DNA from: Octopus sinensis
Lineage: Eukaryota
Length of the DNA: 53,406 nucleotides
Direction of reading: 5' to 3'
NCBI RefSeq assembly: GCF_006345805.1
Contig: NW_021833869.1
Coordinates: 1 to 53,406, forward strand
Position numbers and translations under genes: made by a program. The notes under the pieces were generated by a model. It did no database searches. It had not been told where the DNA came from and worked only from the letters and a program-made list of their open reading frames with translations. Positions 24,796 through 37,268 of the stretch are shown here, in pieces. Within the stretch, counting starts at the first letter, position 1, and each line of letters starts with the position of its first letter.

Positions 24796-25168
24796 AGATT
24801 TCATGTTGCTCCAGTCCACTCTGCTGGCAAGAATCCTTGCCAAATAAGCATGGAGGTTTTATTAAGCGTTTTCATCAACATATAAACCTCCCGTCATGGG
24901 TATGATATTTTTAGGTGCAGGCTTAGCTGTGTGGCAAGAAGTTTGCTTCTCAACCAAATGGTTCCAGGTTCAGTCCCACTGCATGGCACCTCGAGCAAAT
25001 GTCTTCTACTATAGCCTTGGGCCAACTAAAACCCAAGGGGATTTGGTAGGTGGAAACTGGAAGAAGCGTCATGCATATTGGATTTGGTGTGTGTGTGTGT
25101 ATGTGTTTAGCATTCTGATTGCAAACATAACAGTTCCAGTATGTGTGCTGTGTGTTGTGTGTGTGTAT

Positions 25169-25662
25169 GGAGTGGCTGTGTGGTATGTAGCTTGTTTTAG
25201 CAACCACATGGTTCCGGGTTCAGTCCCACTGTGTGATACATTAGGCAAGTGTCGTCTACTATAGCCTCAGGCTGACCAACAGCCGTGAGTGGATTTGGTA
25301 GATTGAAACTGTAAGAAGCCTGTATGTGTGTATATATATATATGTATGTATATATATATATATATGTATGTATATATATATATATATGTATGTATATATA
25401 TATATATATTATATATTATATATATAATATACGGAGCAAATAATTCATGAAAAAATAATTTGCGAAAGTACTATTGCCCCCACCACCATTGCTTAACAGC
25501 CAATGTTGGCGTGTCTATGTCTCTGTAACTTAGCAGTTCGGCAAAAGAGACCGATAGGATAAGTACCAGGCTTACAAAGAATAAGTCCTGGGGTCGATTT
25601 GTTCAACTAAAAGGCAGTGCTCCAGAATGGGCACAGTCAAATGACTGAAACAAGTAAAGGAA
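25169..25662 (+). mobile_element. SINE family A with expanded internal microsatellite
   Basis: Head 25169-25325, (TA/TG) tract, tail ~25470-25662. Confidence 0.8.
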
Positions 25663-25686
25663 TATATATATATATAAATAAATGAA

Positions 25687-26053
25687 GGCGGCGAGCTGGC
25701 AGAAACGTTAGCGTGCCAGGCGAAATGCGTCTGTCGTTACGTTGTGAGTTCAAATTCCGCTGAGGTCGACTTTGCCTTTCATCCTTTCGGGGTCAATAAA
25801 TTAAGTACCAGTTACGCACTGGAGTCGATGTAATTGACTTAATACCTATGTCTGTCTTTGTTTGTCCCCTCTATGTTTAGCCCCTTGTGGGTAATAAAGA
25901 AATAGGTATTTCGTCTGCCGCTACGTTCTGAGTTCAAATTCCGCCGAGGTCGACTTTGCCTTTCATCCTTTCGGGGTCGATGTAATCGACTTAATCCCTT
26001 TGTCTGTCCTTGTTTGTCCCTCTGTGTTTAGCCCCTTGTGGGTAATAAAGAAA
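25687..26053 (+). mobile_element. SINE family B, dimeric form
   Basis: Full monomer then second unit starting at gtatttcgtctgccg (25906). Confidence 0.88.
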
Positions 26054-26220
26054 TATATATATATGAATAAAGGAAGTTAGTTGACTTCCTCATTGACATG
26101 GCTGACTGACTACTCCAGGTAGACATAGGTAGACATACAAGTGATATCACCTCTGATTGCGCAACTGCTGACATACAATCTCTGCCGGCCACTCCTTGTC
26201 TCTAGATCTTTCTTTATATA

Positions 26221-26255
<35 letters not shown>

Positions 26256-27719
26256 ACCCAAACAAATATCATAAATGAATGGCTAAACATTCCTTTGTAG
26301 CTGGATGTCCCAGGTATTTCTTTTGTCCAACCAATATTGACGAACAAACACTAAAAAAAATGTATGTTAATGAAAGAATGAAACTAGGATTAAACATTTT
26401 TGTCTTTTTATAGATACCAATTAGGTTACTTCCCAATCGAGAGTTTTGGGTTCAGTTTTACCATGTGCCATCTTGGGCAAGTGTCTTCTATCACATCCCT
26501 GATCCAGTCAAAACCTTGCGAGTGGATTTGGCAGATGGAAACTGAATGAAGCCTGTCTTAAAGAATCTGTGAATAAAAGATACTTCCGAGGTATAATTAA
26601 AGCTGTATATTTCATTTTGTGTATTAAAATACAGCTTTTGTACATTGGAAGTATCTTTCTCTTACACAGGCTTCTTTCAGTTTCTATCTACCAAATCCAC
26701 TCACAAAGCTTTCATTGGCTTATGGCTTTGATTAAACACGCAGTAAGACTGAACCTAAAAGTTCATGATTAGGAAACAACCTAATAAACCCTTAAAAAAA
26801 CAAAACCTTCAACATTTAGATCAACCATATCCAGCCTCTCACACCTACCCAACAATGTCATTCAAATCATAAACAACTTGCCAGCCCTGTGCCATCAAAA
26901 ATGACAGCTAATTGTTGAATTTTATATGTAAAAAAGGTACAAAACCAAGTTTTTAGTTTAATAGTTCTTTTAATACCAAATTTTTTGTGAAAAATCTCTC
27001 TGAAACTTCCATGCCTTGACTGCTTGTTTCCTTCAAAACAATTTTAAAGTTTTCCTTCCTTCTTGTACGACTTTGGCTACATAAAGCTGGCCATGACTAA
27101 ATATGGGAGCTGGCAAATAAATACCAACTTTATTGAAGCTCTCTCCTTGTGATTTATTTGTGGTCTTGGCAAAAGCTGGCCCACACATACACACGCACAC
27201 ACATTCACATATACCTCCCTTTTTACATGCACACACATACTCACATAGAGGTGAAGTGGTTTGATTTGTTTTTTCACAAACACACACACACACACACACA
27301 CAACATTCACATAATAACAACCATTGTGTGTAGCTAATTCGCTATACACACACACACACACACCGTCAGTTTGTCATTACCCCTTCCTTTGTCAGTCGTC
27401 TCTTGTGATGGACAAAAATACCAGAACTATCTATGGATTTTTTATACTATGCAAATCAGATAGTAGAGGTCCTAGTGTTTCATTTTAGTTGTTTAGGCAA
27501 ATACCACATCCTGAAACCCGAATCTGACACCATAGAAAGAAAAAAAAAAACCCACTAGCAATTACCAATCAGATATATCGAAATTACAGCATCAACCAAT
27601 CAGAAGCCAGTATAAATTATATTGCCAGCCAACTGCTACAAGTGTTTTTTCCTGGTAGCAAAACCAAAATGATATCTTGGAATTTTTAAGTTAGTTGTGT
27701 GTTTTGAAGTTAGTTGTTT

Positions 27720-27740
27720 GTTTTATATATATATATATAT

Positions 27741-27771
<31 letters not shown>

Positions 27772-27968
27772 GGGCCAACCAATGCCTTGTGAGTGGATTT
27801 GGTAGACGGAAACTGAAAGAAGCCTGTGTATATTATATATATATATATATATAGAATATATATATATAGAGTGGTGTGTTGTGTATGTAGTGATGTGTGT
27901 GTATGTATGTATATGTGTTGTGTGTGTATGTATGTAGGTGTGTGTGTGTGGTATGTATGTATGTGTGT

Positions 27969-28010
<42 letters not shown>

Positions 28011-28116
28011 TGGTATATATGTATATGTGTGGGTGTATGTATGTATATGTGTGTGTGTGTGTTGTGTATATATGTGTGGGGGTATATATATATATAATGT
28101 GTGTGGGTGTGTGTGT
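27720..28116. repeat. Compound (TA)/(TG) microsatellite with an embedded family A fragment (~27770-27830)
   Basis: Direct reading. Confidence 0.9.
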
Positions 28117-28588
28117 ATCATCATCATTTAACGTCCGCTTTCCATGCTAGCATGGGTTGGATGGTTCAACTGGGGTCTGGGGAGCCGAAGGCTGCACCAG
28201 GCCAGTCAGATCTGGCAGTGTTCTACAGCTGGATGCCCTTCCTAACGCCAACCACTCCGAGAGTGTAGTGGGTGATTTTATGTGCCACCGACACAGGTGC
28301 CAGACGAGGCTGGCGAACGGCCACGCTCGGATGGTGTTTTTATGTGCCACCGACACAGGTGCCAGACGAAGCTGGCGAACGGCCACGCTCGGATGGTGTT
28401 TTTATGTGCCACCGACACAGGTGCCAGACAAGGCTGGCAGACGACCACGCTCGGATGGTGTTTTTATGTGCCACCGACACAGGTGCCAGACGAGGCTGGC
28501 GAACGGCCACGCTCGGATGGTGTTTTTATGTGCCACCGACACAGGTGCCAGACAAGGCTAGCAGACGACCACGCTCGGATGGTGTTTT
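28117..28588 (-). mobile_element. Family D retroposon with five 62-bp tandem units (28279-28588)
   Basis: (CAT)n end, conserved body, units start at 28279, 28341, 28403, 28465, 28527. Confidence 0.88.
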
Positions 28589-28621
28589 ATTTTTTTTTTT
28601 GTATGTATATATTTATTTATA

Positions 28622-29003
28622 TCTCTTCTCTCTCTATATAAACGGCAGTTTGTCTGTGCGTTTTCTGTGTGTCTGTTTTCTCGTACCCTCACTCTGACCA
28701 CGGCTTTCAACCGATTCTGATGAAACTTGACACACACATAGCCCAATGTCATAATTCAAAACTAACGCAGCGAAAATTTTGAAAAGTTCCCCCAGTTCTG
28801 AAAAAAATCGATAAATTCGACATGGGGTCGAGAATCAGAAACCCAGACCGTCTAGGGGACGCAACCCCACCTTTTTTAACTCTCAAAAAAAATTTACCAT
28901 CATTTTTTTTCCATTTTTTTGCTATTTTTTGGCTATAACTCTCTAAAAATGCTTTATAGTTATTTCCCTTACAAACCTGAGCAACGCCGGGCGATACTGC
29001 TAG
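28622..29003 (+). mobile_element. Non-autonomous Helitron
   Basis: 5' TC, 3' CTAG preceded by hairpin-like gagcaacgccgggcg, inserted between A and T with no TSD; inverted copy at 30941. Confidence 0.85.
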
Positions 29004-29004
29004 T

Positions 29005-29096
29005 ATATATATATATAGTGTGTGTGTGTGTATGTATGTATATATTTATTTATATATATATATGTGTGTGTGTGTGTATGTATGTATATATTTATT

Positions 29097-29127
<31 letters not shown>

Positions 29128-29145
29128 ATGATGTATATATTTATT

Positions 29146-29176
<31 letters not shown>

Positions 29177-29194
29177 ATGATGTATATATTTATT

Positions 29195-29225
<31 letters not shown>

Positions 29226-29420
29226 ATGATGTATATATTATTTATATATATATATGTGTGTGTGTGTATGTATGTATATATTATATAATATGTGTGTGTG
29301 TATGTATATATTATATATATATATGTTGGTGTGTATGTGTATATATTATATATATTATGGTGTGTGTGTAGTATGTATATATTATATATATATGTGTGTG
29401 TATGTATGTATATATTTATA
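29005..29420. repeat. Higher-order (~46-49 bp) compound microsatellite (GT)n-ATGTATATATTTATT-(TA)n
   Basis: About six recognisable units; the same unit flanks the Helitron at 28601-28621 and recurs at 29481-29560. Confidence 0.85.
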
Positions 29421-30020
29421 TATATAACGGGAAGCTTTATGAAAATAAACAAAAGACGAAGGCAGGTGGAAAACAGTGTGTATGTATGTATATATTTATA
29501 TATATATATGTGTGTGTGTGTATGTATATATTTATTTATATATATATATATATGTGTGTGTGTATCTATATATATAAAATTGAAGAAATTGGAGTCAGGA
29601 AGAGGGGTTATTCTGAAGGTGGATGAGCTCTTTATTGTACTCTAACACATTCCTAATGGAATACAATACTAAAAGGTGATAAGGGTTCGCTGCCCTGCTC
29701 GCAGTTTATCAGATGCAGCTGTGCATTGTTAACCAACTACAGGAGATGTTCTCTTGAGGTTAAAAACTTTGCAGCAGAGTCTGTTCGAACAGACAGCCAT
29801 GTTGAAGTGGCTATGAATATTACTTGTCAATACAATTACTGTGTTGATTTCTTAGAGAGATTTTAGAACTAACATTTATTCTTTTATATATATATGATAG
29901 ATACGATAGATATATATGTAAAAAATGTAATATATAAATAAATATCTATAAATATGAACCATCCGATCTGATTACCTCATTTTTTCTAATATATAATACC
30001 TGTACATCATCTCCAAACCT

Positions 30021-30066
<46 letters not shown>

Positions 30067-30243
30067 AATCAGGCCATAATGAACATTCATGCTTATAGAT
30101 ATATATATATATATATATATATATAAATTAAATTAAATTAAATTAGAGGTAAAACCACTTTGATTTAATCCTAAATCTAATTTTTCCCTGAAAGTTTGGA
30201 TATACTTCCTAATATTATTATTGTGTATATATATATATATATT

Positions 30244-30494
30244 GGCACGTAAAAAGCACCATCTGATCGTGGCCATTGCCAGCTTGGCCGTTTGCCAGCC
30301 CCGTCTGGCACCTGTGCCGGTGGCACGTAAAAAGCACCCACTACACTCACGGAGTGGTTGGCGTTAGGAAGGGCATCCAACCGTAGAAACATTGCCAGAT
30401 CAGACTGGGCCTGTTGCAGCCTTCTGGCTTCCCAGATCCCCAGTCCAACCCATGCTTGCATGGAAAGCGGACGTTAAATGATGATGATGATGAT
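30244..30494 (+). mobile_element. Family D retroposon with unexpanded (~1.4 unit) repeat
   Basis: ggcacgtaaaaagcacc occurs twice about 78 bp apart; (GAT)n tail. Confidence 0.82.
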
Positions 30495-30940
30495 ATATAT
30501 CAGCTTCAATGAAGCTATTCTGTGTCACTCAGGCACACAACTATGAGTCCACTGCATTTTATCAATGAAAACTGTAAGCTAATGAAGTTTATAAGATAAT
30601 AATTTATTCCTTTGTCATCTCATTTTCCTATGTATTTGTGTGTGTGTGTGTGTGTAGACTATTTCAGTCATTGGACTTTAGCCATGCAGGAGGGGGCACA
30701 GCCTTGAAAGATTTAGTTGAACAGTCCCTACTTTATCACAAATACCAGCTGATTCTTGAGGGGACTTAGCAGAGGGTACGCTTACAAACGTTTGGACCAG
30801 ACTTCAAATTCCAGACACCATCCTGGCTTCATCTTTTTGGAGAAAACATATCTATGACTAGTTCTGTTTATTTATGCATCTATACAAGATGCTGATATGT
30901 TTCCTATTTACAGTTCCTTTTAGATTACTCTTATATATTA

Positions 30941-31312
30941 CTAGCAGTATCGCCCAGCGTTGCTCGGGTTTGTAAGGGAAATAACTATAAAGCGTTTTTA
31001 GAGAGTTATAGCCAAAAAATGGAAAAAAAATGATGGTAAATTTTTTTTTTAGTTAAAAAGGTCAAGTTGCGTCCCCTAGACAGTCTGTGGTTTGTGTTTC
31101 TGATTCTCGACCCCATGTCGAATTTATCAATTATTTTCAGAACTGGGGGAACTTTTCAAAATTTTCGCTGCGTTAGTTTTGAATTATGACATTGGGCTAT
31201 GTGTGTGTCAAGTTTCATCAGAATCGGTTGAAAGCCGTGGTCAGGGTGAGGGTACAACCTAACAGACACACAGTAGCACACACAGACAAACTGCCGTTGT
31301 TATATAGAGAGA
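30941..31312 (-). mobile_element. Non-autonomous Helitron (inverted copy of 28622-29003)
   Basis: Reverse complement aligns end to end; TC...CTAG ends at an A|T target. Confidence 0.88.
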
Positions 31313-31486
31313 TTTAGACATGGCTGTGTGCTTAAGAAGTTTGCCTCCCTGTCGCATATATGTGTATATGTATGCATGTCATCCTTATCGTTTAATGTTT
31401 GTTTTCCATATTGGCATGGGTTGGACAGTTTGACTGAGGTCTGGAGAGCTAGCGCTGCACCAGGATTAGAGTGTGTATATACACAC

Positions 31487-31716
31487 TACACTTTTACACT
31501 TTTACTTGTTTCAGTCATTTGACTGTGGCCATGCTGGAGCACTGCCTTTAGTCGAGCAAATCAACCCCAGGACTTATTCTTTGTAAGCCTAGTACCTATT
31601 CTATCGGTCTTTTTTGCCAAACCACTAAGTTACGGGAACATAAACACAGGTTGTCAAGCGATGTTGGTTGGGGGTGGGACAAACACAGACACACAAACAT
31701 ATACACACGCACACAC

Positions 31717-31747
<31 letters not shown>

Positions 31748-31851
31748 TACATATATACGACGGGTTTCTTTGATTTTCCGTCTACCAAATCCACTCACAA
31801 GGCTTTGGCCGGCCCGAGGCTATAGTAGAAGACACTTGCCCAAGGTGCCAT
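31487..31851 (-). mobile_element. SINE family A, 5'-truncated
   Basis: Reverse complement of family A. Confidence 0.85.
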
Positions 31852-31910
31852 GTACAGAACCAGGGCTTCTCTCTTTTTCCTTCTATGATAATCTCTCTCT
31901 ATGCATATAT

Positions 31911-32762
31911 GTGGTTGTGTGGTAAGAAGCTTGCTTCCCAACCACATGATTCCAGGTTCAGTCCCACTGCTTGGGGCCGTGGGCAAGTGTCTACTGTAGC
32001 ACCAGACGAACCAAATCCTTAGGAATGGATTTGTCAACACAAACTGAAGGAAGCCTGTCGTGTTTATGTCTTTGTGTTGGTGTTTGCCAACCCCACCCCT
32101 TGGTCACTGCTTGATAAGTGGTGTTGGTGTGTTTATGTCCCTGCAACTTAGCAGTTTGGCAAAAGAAGGAACAAGCATGGCTATGTGGTAAGAAGCTTGA
32201 TTCCCAACCACATGGTTCCAGGTTCAGTCTCACTGCGTGACACCTTGGGGAAGTGTCTACTATAATCTTGGGTCGACCAAAGCCTTGTGAGCAGATTTGG
32301 TAGAGGGAAACTGAAAGAAGCCCATCGTATATATTTGTGTCTTTTTGTCCCCCTCCCCACCATCACTTGATGACCAATGTTGGTGTTTACATCCCTGTGA
32401 CTTAGCAGTTTGGCAGAAGAGACCAATAGAATATGTACCAGGCTTACAAAGGTTAAGTCCAAGGGTCGATTTCTTTGACTAAAAAGTGGTGCTCCAGTAT
32501 GGCCACAGCCAGTCAAATAACTGAATCAAGTGACAATAAAAGAATATAGTGTGTATATTTTTTAGTTGTTTCAGTCGTTTGACTGCGACCATGCTGGAGC
32601 ACCACATTAAAGAGTGTTTTAGTCGAACAAATCGACCTCAACACTTATTCTTTGTAAGCCTAGTACTTGTTCTATTGGTCTCTTTCGCTGAACCACTAAG
32701 TTACGAGAGCATAAACACACCATCAGTTGTCAAGCAATGGTGATGGGGTGAGGGCAAACACA
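31911..32762. mobile_element. Cluster of three diverged family A SINEs (+ 31911-32168, + 32172-32545, - 32561-32762)
   Basis: Repeated A head and tail motifs. Confidence 0.75.
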
Positions 32763-32773
32763 CACACATATAT

Positions 32774-33105
32774 ATCATCATCATCATCATTTAGCGTCCG
32801 TTTTCCATGCTAGCATGGGTTGGACGGTTCAACTGGGGTCTGGGGAGCCCGAAGGCTGCACCAGGCCAGTCAGATCTGGCAGTGTTTCTACAGCTGGATG
32901 CCCTTCCTAATGCCAACCACTCTGAGAGTGTAGTGGGTGATTTTATGTGCCACCGACACAAGTGCCAGACGAGGCTGGCGAACGGCCACGCTCGGATGGT
33001 GTTTTTTATGTGCCACCGACACAGGTGCCAGACGAGGCTGGCAGACGGCCACGCTCGGATGGTGTTTTTATGTGCCACCAACACAGGTGCCAGATGAGGC
33101 TGGCG
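32774..33105 (-). mobile_element. Family D retroposon with ~2.6 tandem units
   Basis: Units start at 32944, 33007, 33069. Confidence 0.85.
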
Positions 33106-33276
33106 ATGACCGGCTTCTTTCAGTTTCCATCTGCCAAATCCACTCAAGGCTTTGGTTGGCCCGAGACTATAGTATAACACACCTGCCCAAGGTACCATGC
33201 AGTGGGACTGATCCTGGAACCATGTAGTTGGGAAGCAAACTTCTTACCATGCAGCCACACCAGTGTGTGTCAGTTT

Positions 33277-33555
33277 GGAGGCGCAATGGCCCAATGGTTA
33301 GGGCAGCTGACTTGCAGTTGTAGGATCGCGGTTTCAATTCCCAGAACGGGCGTTGTGTGTGTTTATTGAGCGAAAACACCTAAAAGCTCCATGAAGCTCA
33401 GTCAGGGGGTGGTGACGATCCCTGCTGTACTCTTTCACCACTCTTTCTCTCTTTGCCTGCTCGCTTAGCCAGCGGGGTGGCGTCGTTCGAAGGCTAAAAC
33501 AATGCGAACGCATTGTGACCAGCAATGTGTAGCAACATCTGATGGTCTGGTCGGT

Positions 33556-33562
<7 letters not shown>
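33277..33562 (+). mobile_element. SINE family C
   Basis: Aligns with 1251-1551. Confidence 0.88.
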
Positions 33563-33604
<42 letters not shown>

Positions 33605-33864
33605 CATTATACATCCACTTTCCATGCTGGCATGGGTTGGATGGTTTAACTGGTAAGCTGGGGAGCTGCGCCAGGTTCCAATCTGATTTGGCAAGGTTTC
33701 TAAGGCTGGATGCCCTTCCTAACACTAACCACACTGAGAGTGTAGAGCGTGTTTTTTATGTGCCACCGGCATGGGTACCTGTGGTAGATGGAAACTGAAA
33801 GAAATCCGTCATATATATATAGGGGGAGAATTCACAAAAAAAAACCAAGACGAAGATATATATA

Positions 33865-34221
33865 TCTTTATGTATAAAAGTCAAGTTGTGTGTCTGTCTC
33901 CTACGATTTAGATTCCTAATTAATCCCACATTTTGTGGTGCATTTTAACCAAAACCGGGTATCTTATAGTCGTGATTCATATCGAGCCCTTCTGGGTATT
34001 TGCGCGCGTCTACGATGAGTCTACGATTTTAAAAAAAATTTACCATAATTTTTTTCCATTTTAATGCATTTTTTTTTTGCTATTATATAAGGGAAATAAC
34101 TCTCTAAAAATGTCTACGATGAATCAACGATTTAAAAAAAAAATTTTGGCTATAACTCTCTAAAAATGCTTATATAGTTATTTCCCTTACAAACCCGAGC
34201 AACGCCAGGCGATACTGCTTG
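33865..34221 (+). mobile_element. Non-autonomous Helitron, different 5' half, shared 3' end
   Basis: A|TC start; 3' ggctataactctctaaaaatgc..ccgagcaacgccaggcgatactgcttg|t as in 28622-29003 (CTAG mutated to CTTG). Confidence 0.75.
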
Positions 34222-34521
34222 TATATATATAATCAGAGGTGATGCCAGATCATCGGCGTTACTCTGGCTCACCACAGATTTCGCATACGCCTGCTCAGAG
34301 AATTTAACATTCCCCCCCGCTTTCTTTTTAGCTCCAAATAGCTTTTTATATCTAGCATTTGACAACAGGTGTTGGTATGTTTATGTCCCCATAGCTTAGC
34401 AGTTTGGCGAAAGAGACTGCTAGAATAAGTACTAGGCTTAAAAAAATAGAATCTTAGGAGCGATTTCTTCAACTTAAAACCCTTTAAGGGCAGTGCTCAA
34501 GCATGACCACAGGGAAATCAT

Positions 34522-35702
34522 TCATCATCATCATCATCGTTTAACGTCCGCTTTCTATGCTAGCATGGGTTGGACGGTTCAACTGGGGTCTGGCAAGCCC
34601 GAAGGCTGCACCAGGCCAGTCAGATCTGGCAGTGTTTCTACAGCTGGATGCCCTTCCTAACGCCAACCACTCCGAGAGTGTAGTGGGTGATTTTTATGTG
34701 CCACCGACACAGGTGCCAGATGAAGCTGGCAGACGGCCACGCTCGGATGGTGTTTTTTATGTGCCACTGACACAGGTGCCAGATGAGGCTGGCAGACGGC
34801 CACGCTCGGATGGTGTTTTTTATGTGCCACCGACACAGGTGCCAGATGAGGCTGGCAGACAACCACGCTTGGATGGTGTTTTTTATGTGCCACTGACACA
34901 GGTGCCAGATGAGGCTGGCAGACGGCCACGCTCGGATGGTGTTTTTTATGTGCCACCGACACAGGTGCCAGATGAGGCTGGCAGATGGCCACGCTCGGAT
35001 GGTGTTTTTTAAACCACCGACACAGGTGCCAGATGAGGCTGGCAGATGGCCACGCTCGGATGGTGTTTTTTATGTGCCACCGACACAGGTGCCAGATGAG
35101 GCTGGCAGACGGCCACGCTCGGATGTGTTTTTTATGTGCCACCGACACAGGTGCCAGATGAGGCTGGCAGACGGCCACGCTCGGATGGTGGTTTTTTATG
35201 TGCCACCGACACAGGTGCCAGATGAGGCTGGCAGACGGCCACGCTCGGATGGTGTTTTTTATGTGCCACAGACACAGGTGCCAGATGAGGCTGGCAGACG
35301 GCCACGCTCGGATGGTGTTTTTTATGTGCCACACAGACACAGGTGCCAGATGAGGCTGGCAGACGGCCACGCTCGGATGGTGGTTTTTTATGTGCCACAG
35401 ACACAGGTGCCAGATGAGGCTGGCAGACGGCCACGCTCGGATGGTGTTTTTTATGTGCCACCGACACAGGTGCCAGATGAGGCTGGCAGACGGCCACGCT
35501 CGGATGGTGTTTTTTATGTGCCACCGACACAGGTGCCAGATGAGGCTGGCAGACGGCCACGCGGATGGTGTTTTTTATGTGCCACGACACAGGTGCCAGA
35601 TGAGGCTGGCAGACGGCCACGCTCGGATGGTGTTTTTTATGTGCCACTGACACAGGTGCCAGATGAGGCTGGCAGACGGCCACGCTCGGATGGTGTTTTT
35701 TT
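34522..35702 (-). mobile_element. Family D retroposon carrying a 16-copy 63-bp array
   Basis: (CAT)n end and body at 34522-34694, then the array. Confidence 0.88.
34695..35702. repeat. 63-bp minisatellite, 16 units
   Basis: Unit tatgtgccaccgacacaggtgccagatgaggctggcagacggccacgctcggatggtgttttt; no spacers. Confidence 0.97.
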
Positions 35703-35894
35703 GAAACCAGTAAAAGAATAAAGGAATGTGAATAAATAATCTTTACATTTTGACCAAATGATCTAAATGTTAAAGGGTCAAGTTAGCTGAAGAACCGGAA
35801 AGATGTAGATGGGGAAACTTCTCTGCGTGCAGCGGACCCTTAGGTTACTGAGTCCTGGTTTTGGAGTAGAGATACTCTATGACTCTTCTTCATC

Positions 35895-36240
35895 TCATCA
35901 TCATCATCATCGTTTAGCGTCCGTTTTCCATGCTAGCATGGGTTGGACGGTTCTACTGGGGTCTGTGAAGCCGGAAGGCTTCATCAGGCCCAGTCAAATC
36001 TGGCAGTGTTTCTACGGCTGGATGCCCTTCCTAACGCCAACCACTCCGAGAGTGTAGTGGGTGCTTTTTACGTGCCACCTGCACAGGTGCCAGACAGAGC
36101 TGGCAAACAGCCACGAACGGATGGTGCTTTTTATGTGCCACCGGCACGAAGGCCAGGCGAGGCTGGCAACGGACACGAAACGGGGCAGTGCTGGCAACGG
36201 TTGCGAAACGGAAGGTTCTCTTACATGCCACCGGCACTGG
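35895..36240 (-). mobile_element. Family D retroposon, unexpanded
   Basis: (CAT)n end, body, ggtgctttttacgtgccacc..ggtgctttttatgtgccacc. Confidence 0.82.
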
Positions 36241-36282
36241 TAACACATCTGCAATTTCCATTGATCGATTTCGATCCTCATA

Positions 36283-36628
36283 AAAGGTAAAGGTAAGGTA
36301 ATGATCCCTTTCAGTTATGAATGACCATAGGATTGCACCTAGAAAGTTCCCTCCGAGGCACATGTCCAAGCAAGGTTTTTACGGAAAGCCAGCAGTCGAC
36401 CATGCATACTAGGCTCCCTTTTCCATGCCGCTGATGTTATCCAAGGGAAAGGCAAAGGGGCCGATACAGCTTGGCACCAGTAACATTGCAACTCGTTTCT
36501 ACGGCTAGGTGAACTGAAGCAGCATGAACTAAAGTGTCTTAAGAACACAGGACACAGCCCAGTCCAGGAATTGAACTCACAACCTCATGATTGTGAACCC
36601 AATGTTCTAACCACTGAGCCATGCACTT
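36283..36628 (-). mobile_element. tRNA-derived SINE, family E, (CCTTTA)n tail
   Basis: Reverse complement gives A box tggctcagtgg, B box gagttcaattcc, then a non-tRNA body. Confidence 0.75.
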
Positions 36629-36825
36629 GGCCTCATATGAGGTGATTAAAATAGTTGGTGACAGAAATCTCTCCCACTCATGCCAGCTTGGAAAAATGGG
36701 CATTGAAACACTAAACCATGTTAGCTCTATGTTCTGGATTTTAAGCTAGGGCCACTACCAAAATGTTAGAATTGGGTCCAGAGGATAAATGAATCAAGTG
36801 CATATATTTTTTGATCCATTTGATA

Positions 36826-37056
36826 CCTATTTCTTTATTACCCACAAGGGGCTAAACACAGAGGGGACAAACAAGGACAGACATAGGTATTAAGTCGATT
36901 ACATCGACCCCAGTGTGTAACTGGTACTTAATTTATCGACCCCGAAAGGATGAAAGGCAAAGTCGACCTCGGCGGAATTTGAACTCACAACGTAACGCAG
37001 ACGAAATACTGCTAAGCATTTCGCCCGGCGTGCTAACGTTTCTGCCAGCTCGCCGC
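36826..37056 (-). mobile_element. SINE family B monomer, ~210 bp upstream of the exon 2 acceptor
   Basis: Near-consensus copy ending aaagaaataggtat. Confidence 0.9.
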
Positions 37057-37268
37057 ATCTTGCCTAAGACCACCCACTGTTTTCTGATACAACTTTTCTA
37101 TCATACAATGATTTAAGTTAAAACTTTCGAAGATTCATGCTAATTTGTTCCAAACATCACTTCATTTGTTTCCAAAATAATTGAAACAGTTGTGTATTTA
37201 AATAGAAATCTAGTAACTTTGAAATAAGTGGTTTAATTGCCTTTTCTTTTTCTTTCTCTTTTACATAG

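Larger units (their letters stand above)
6405..37268 (+). other. Intron 1 of sialomucin model (30,864 bp, GT-AG, phase 1)
   Basis: Donor gtaagt at 6405; polypyrimidine tract cttttctttttctttctcttttacatag ending 37268; phases compatible. Additional small exons cannot be excluded. Confidence 0.72.

Noticed and set aside
34715-34740. Hammerhead in the 63-bp unit (cagatgag)
   Set aside because: The core is CAGAUGA rather than CUGANGA and there is no GAAA or stem III
34695-35702. CRISPR-like array
   Set aside because: Units are contiguous with no unique spacers, derive from a SINE body, and there are no cas genes; the context is eukaryotic
34557-35721. Long repeat-peptide ORFs (VPPTQVPDEAGRRPRSDGVFY etc.)
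   Set aside because: By-product of a 63-bp unit without stops; indels shift frame repeatedly and no splice context supports them
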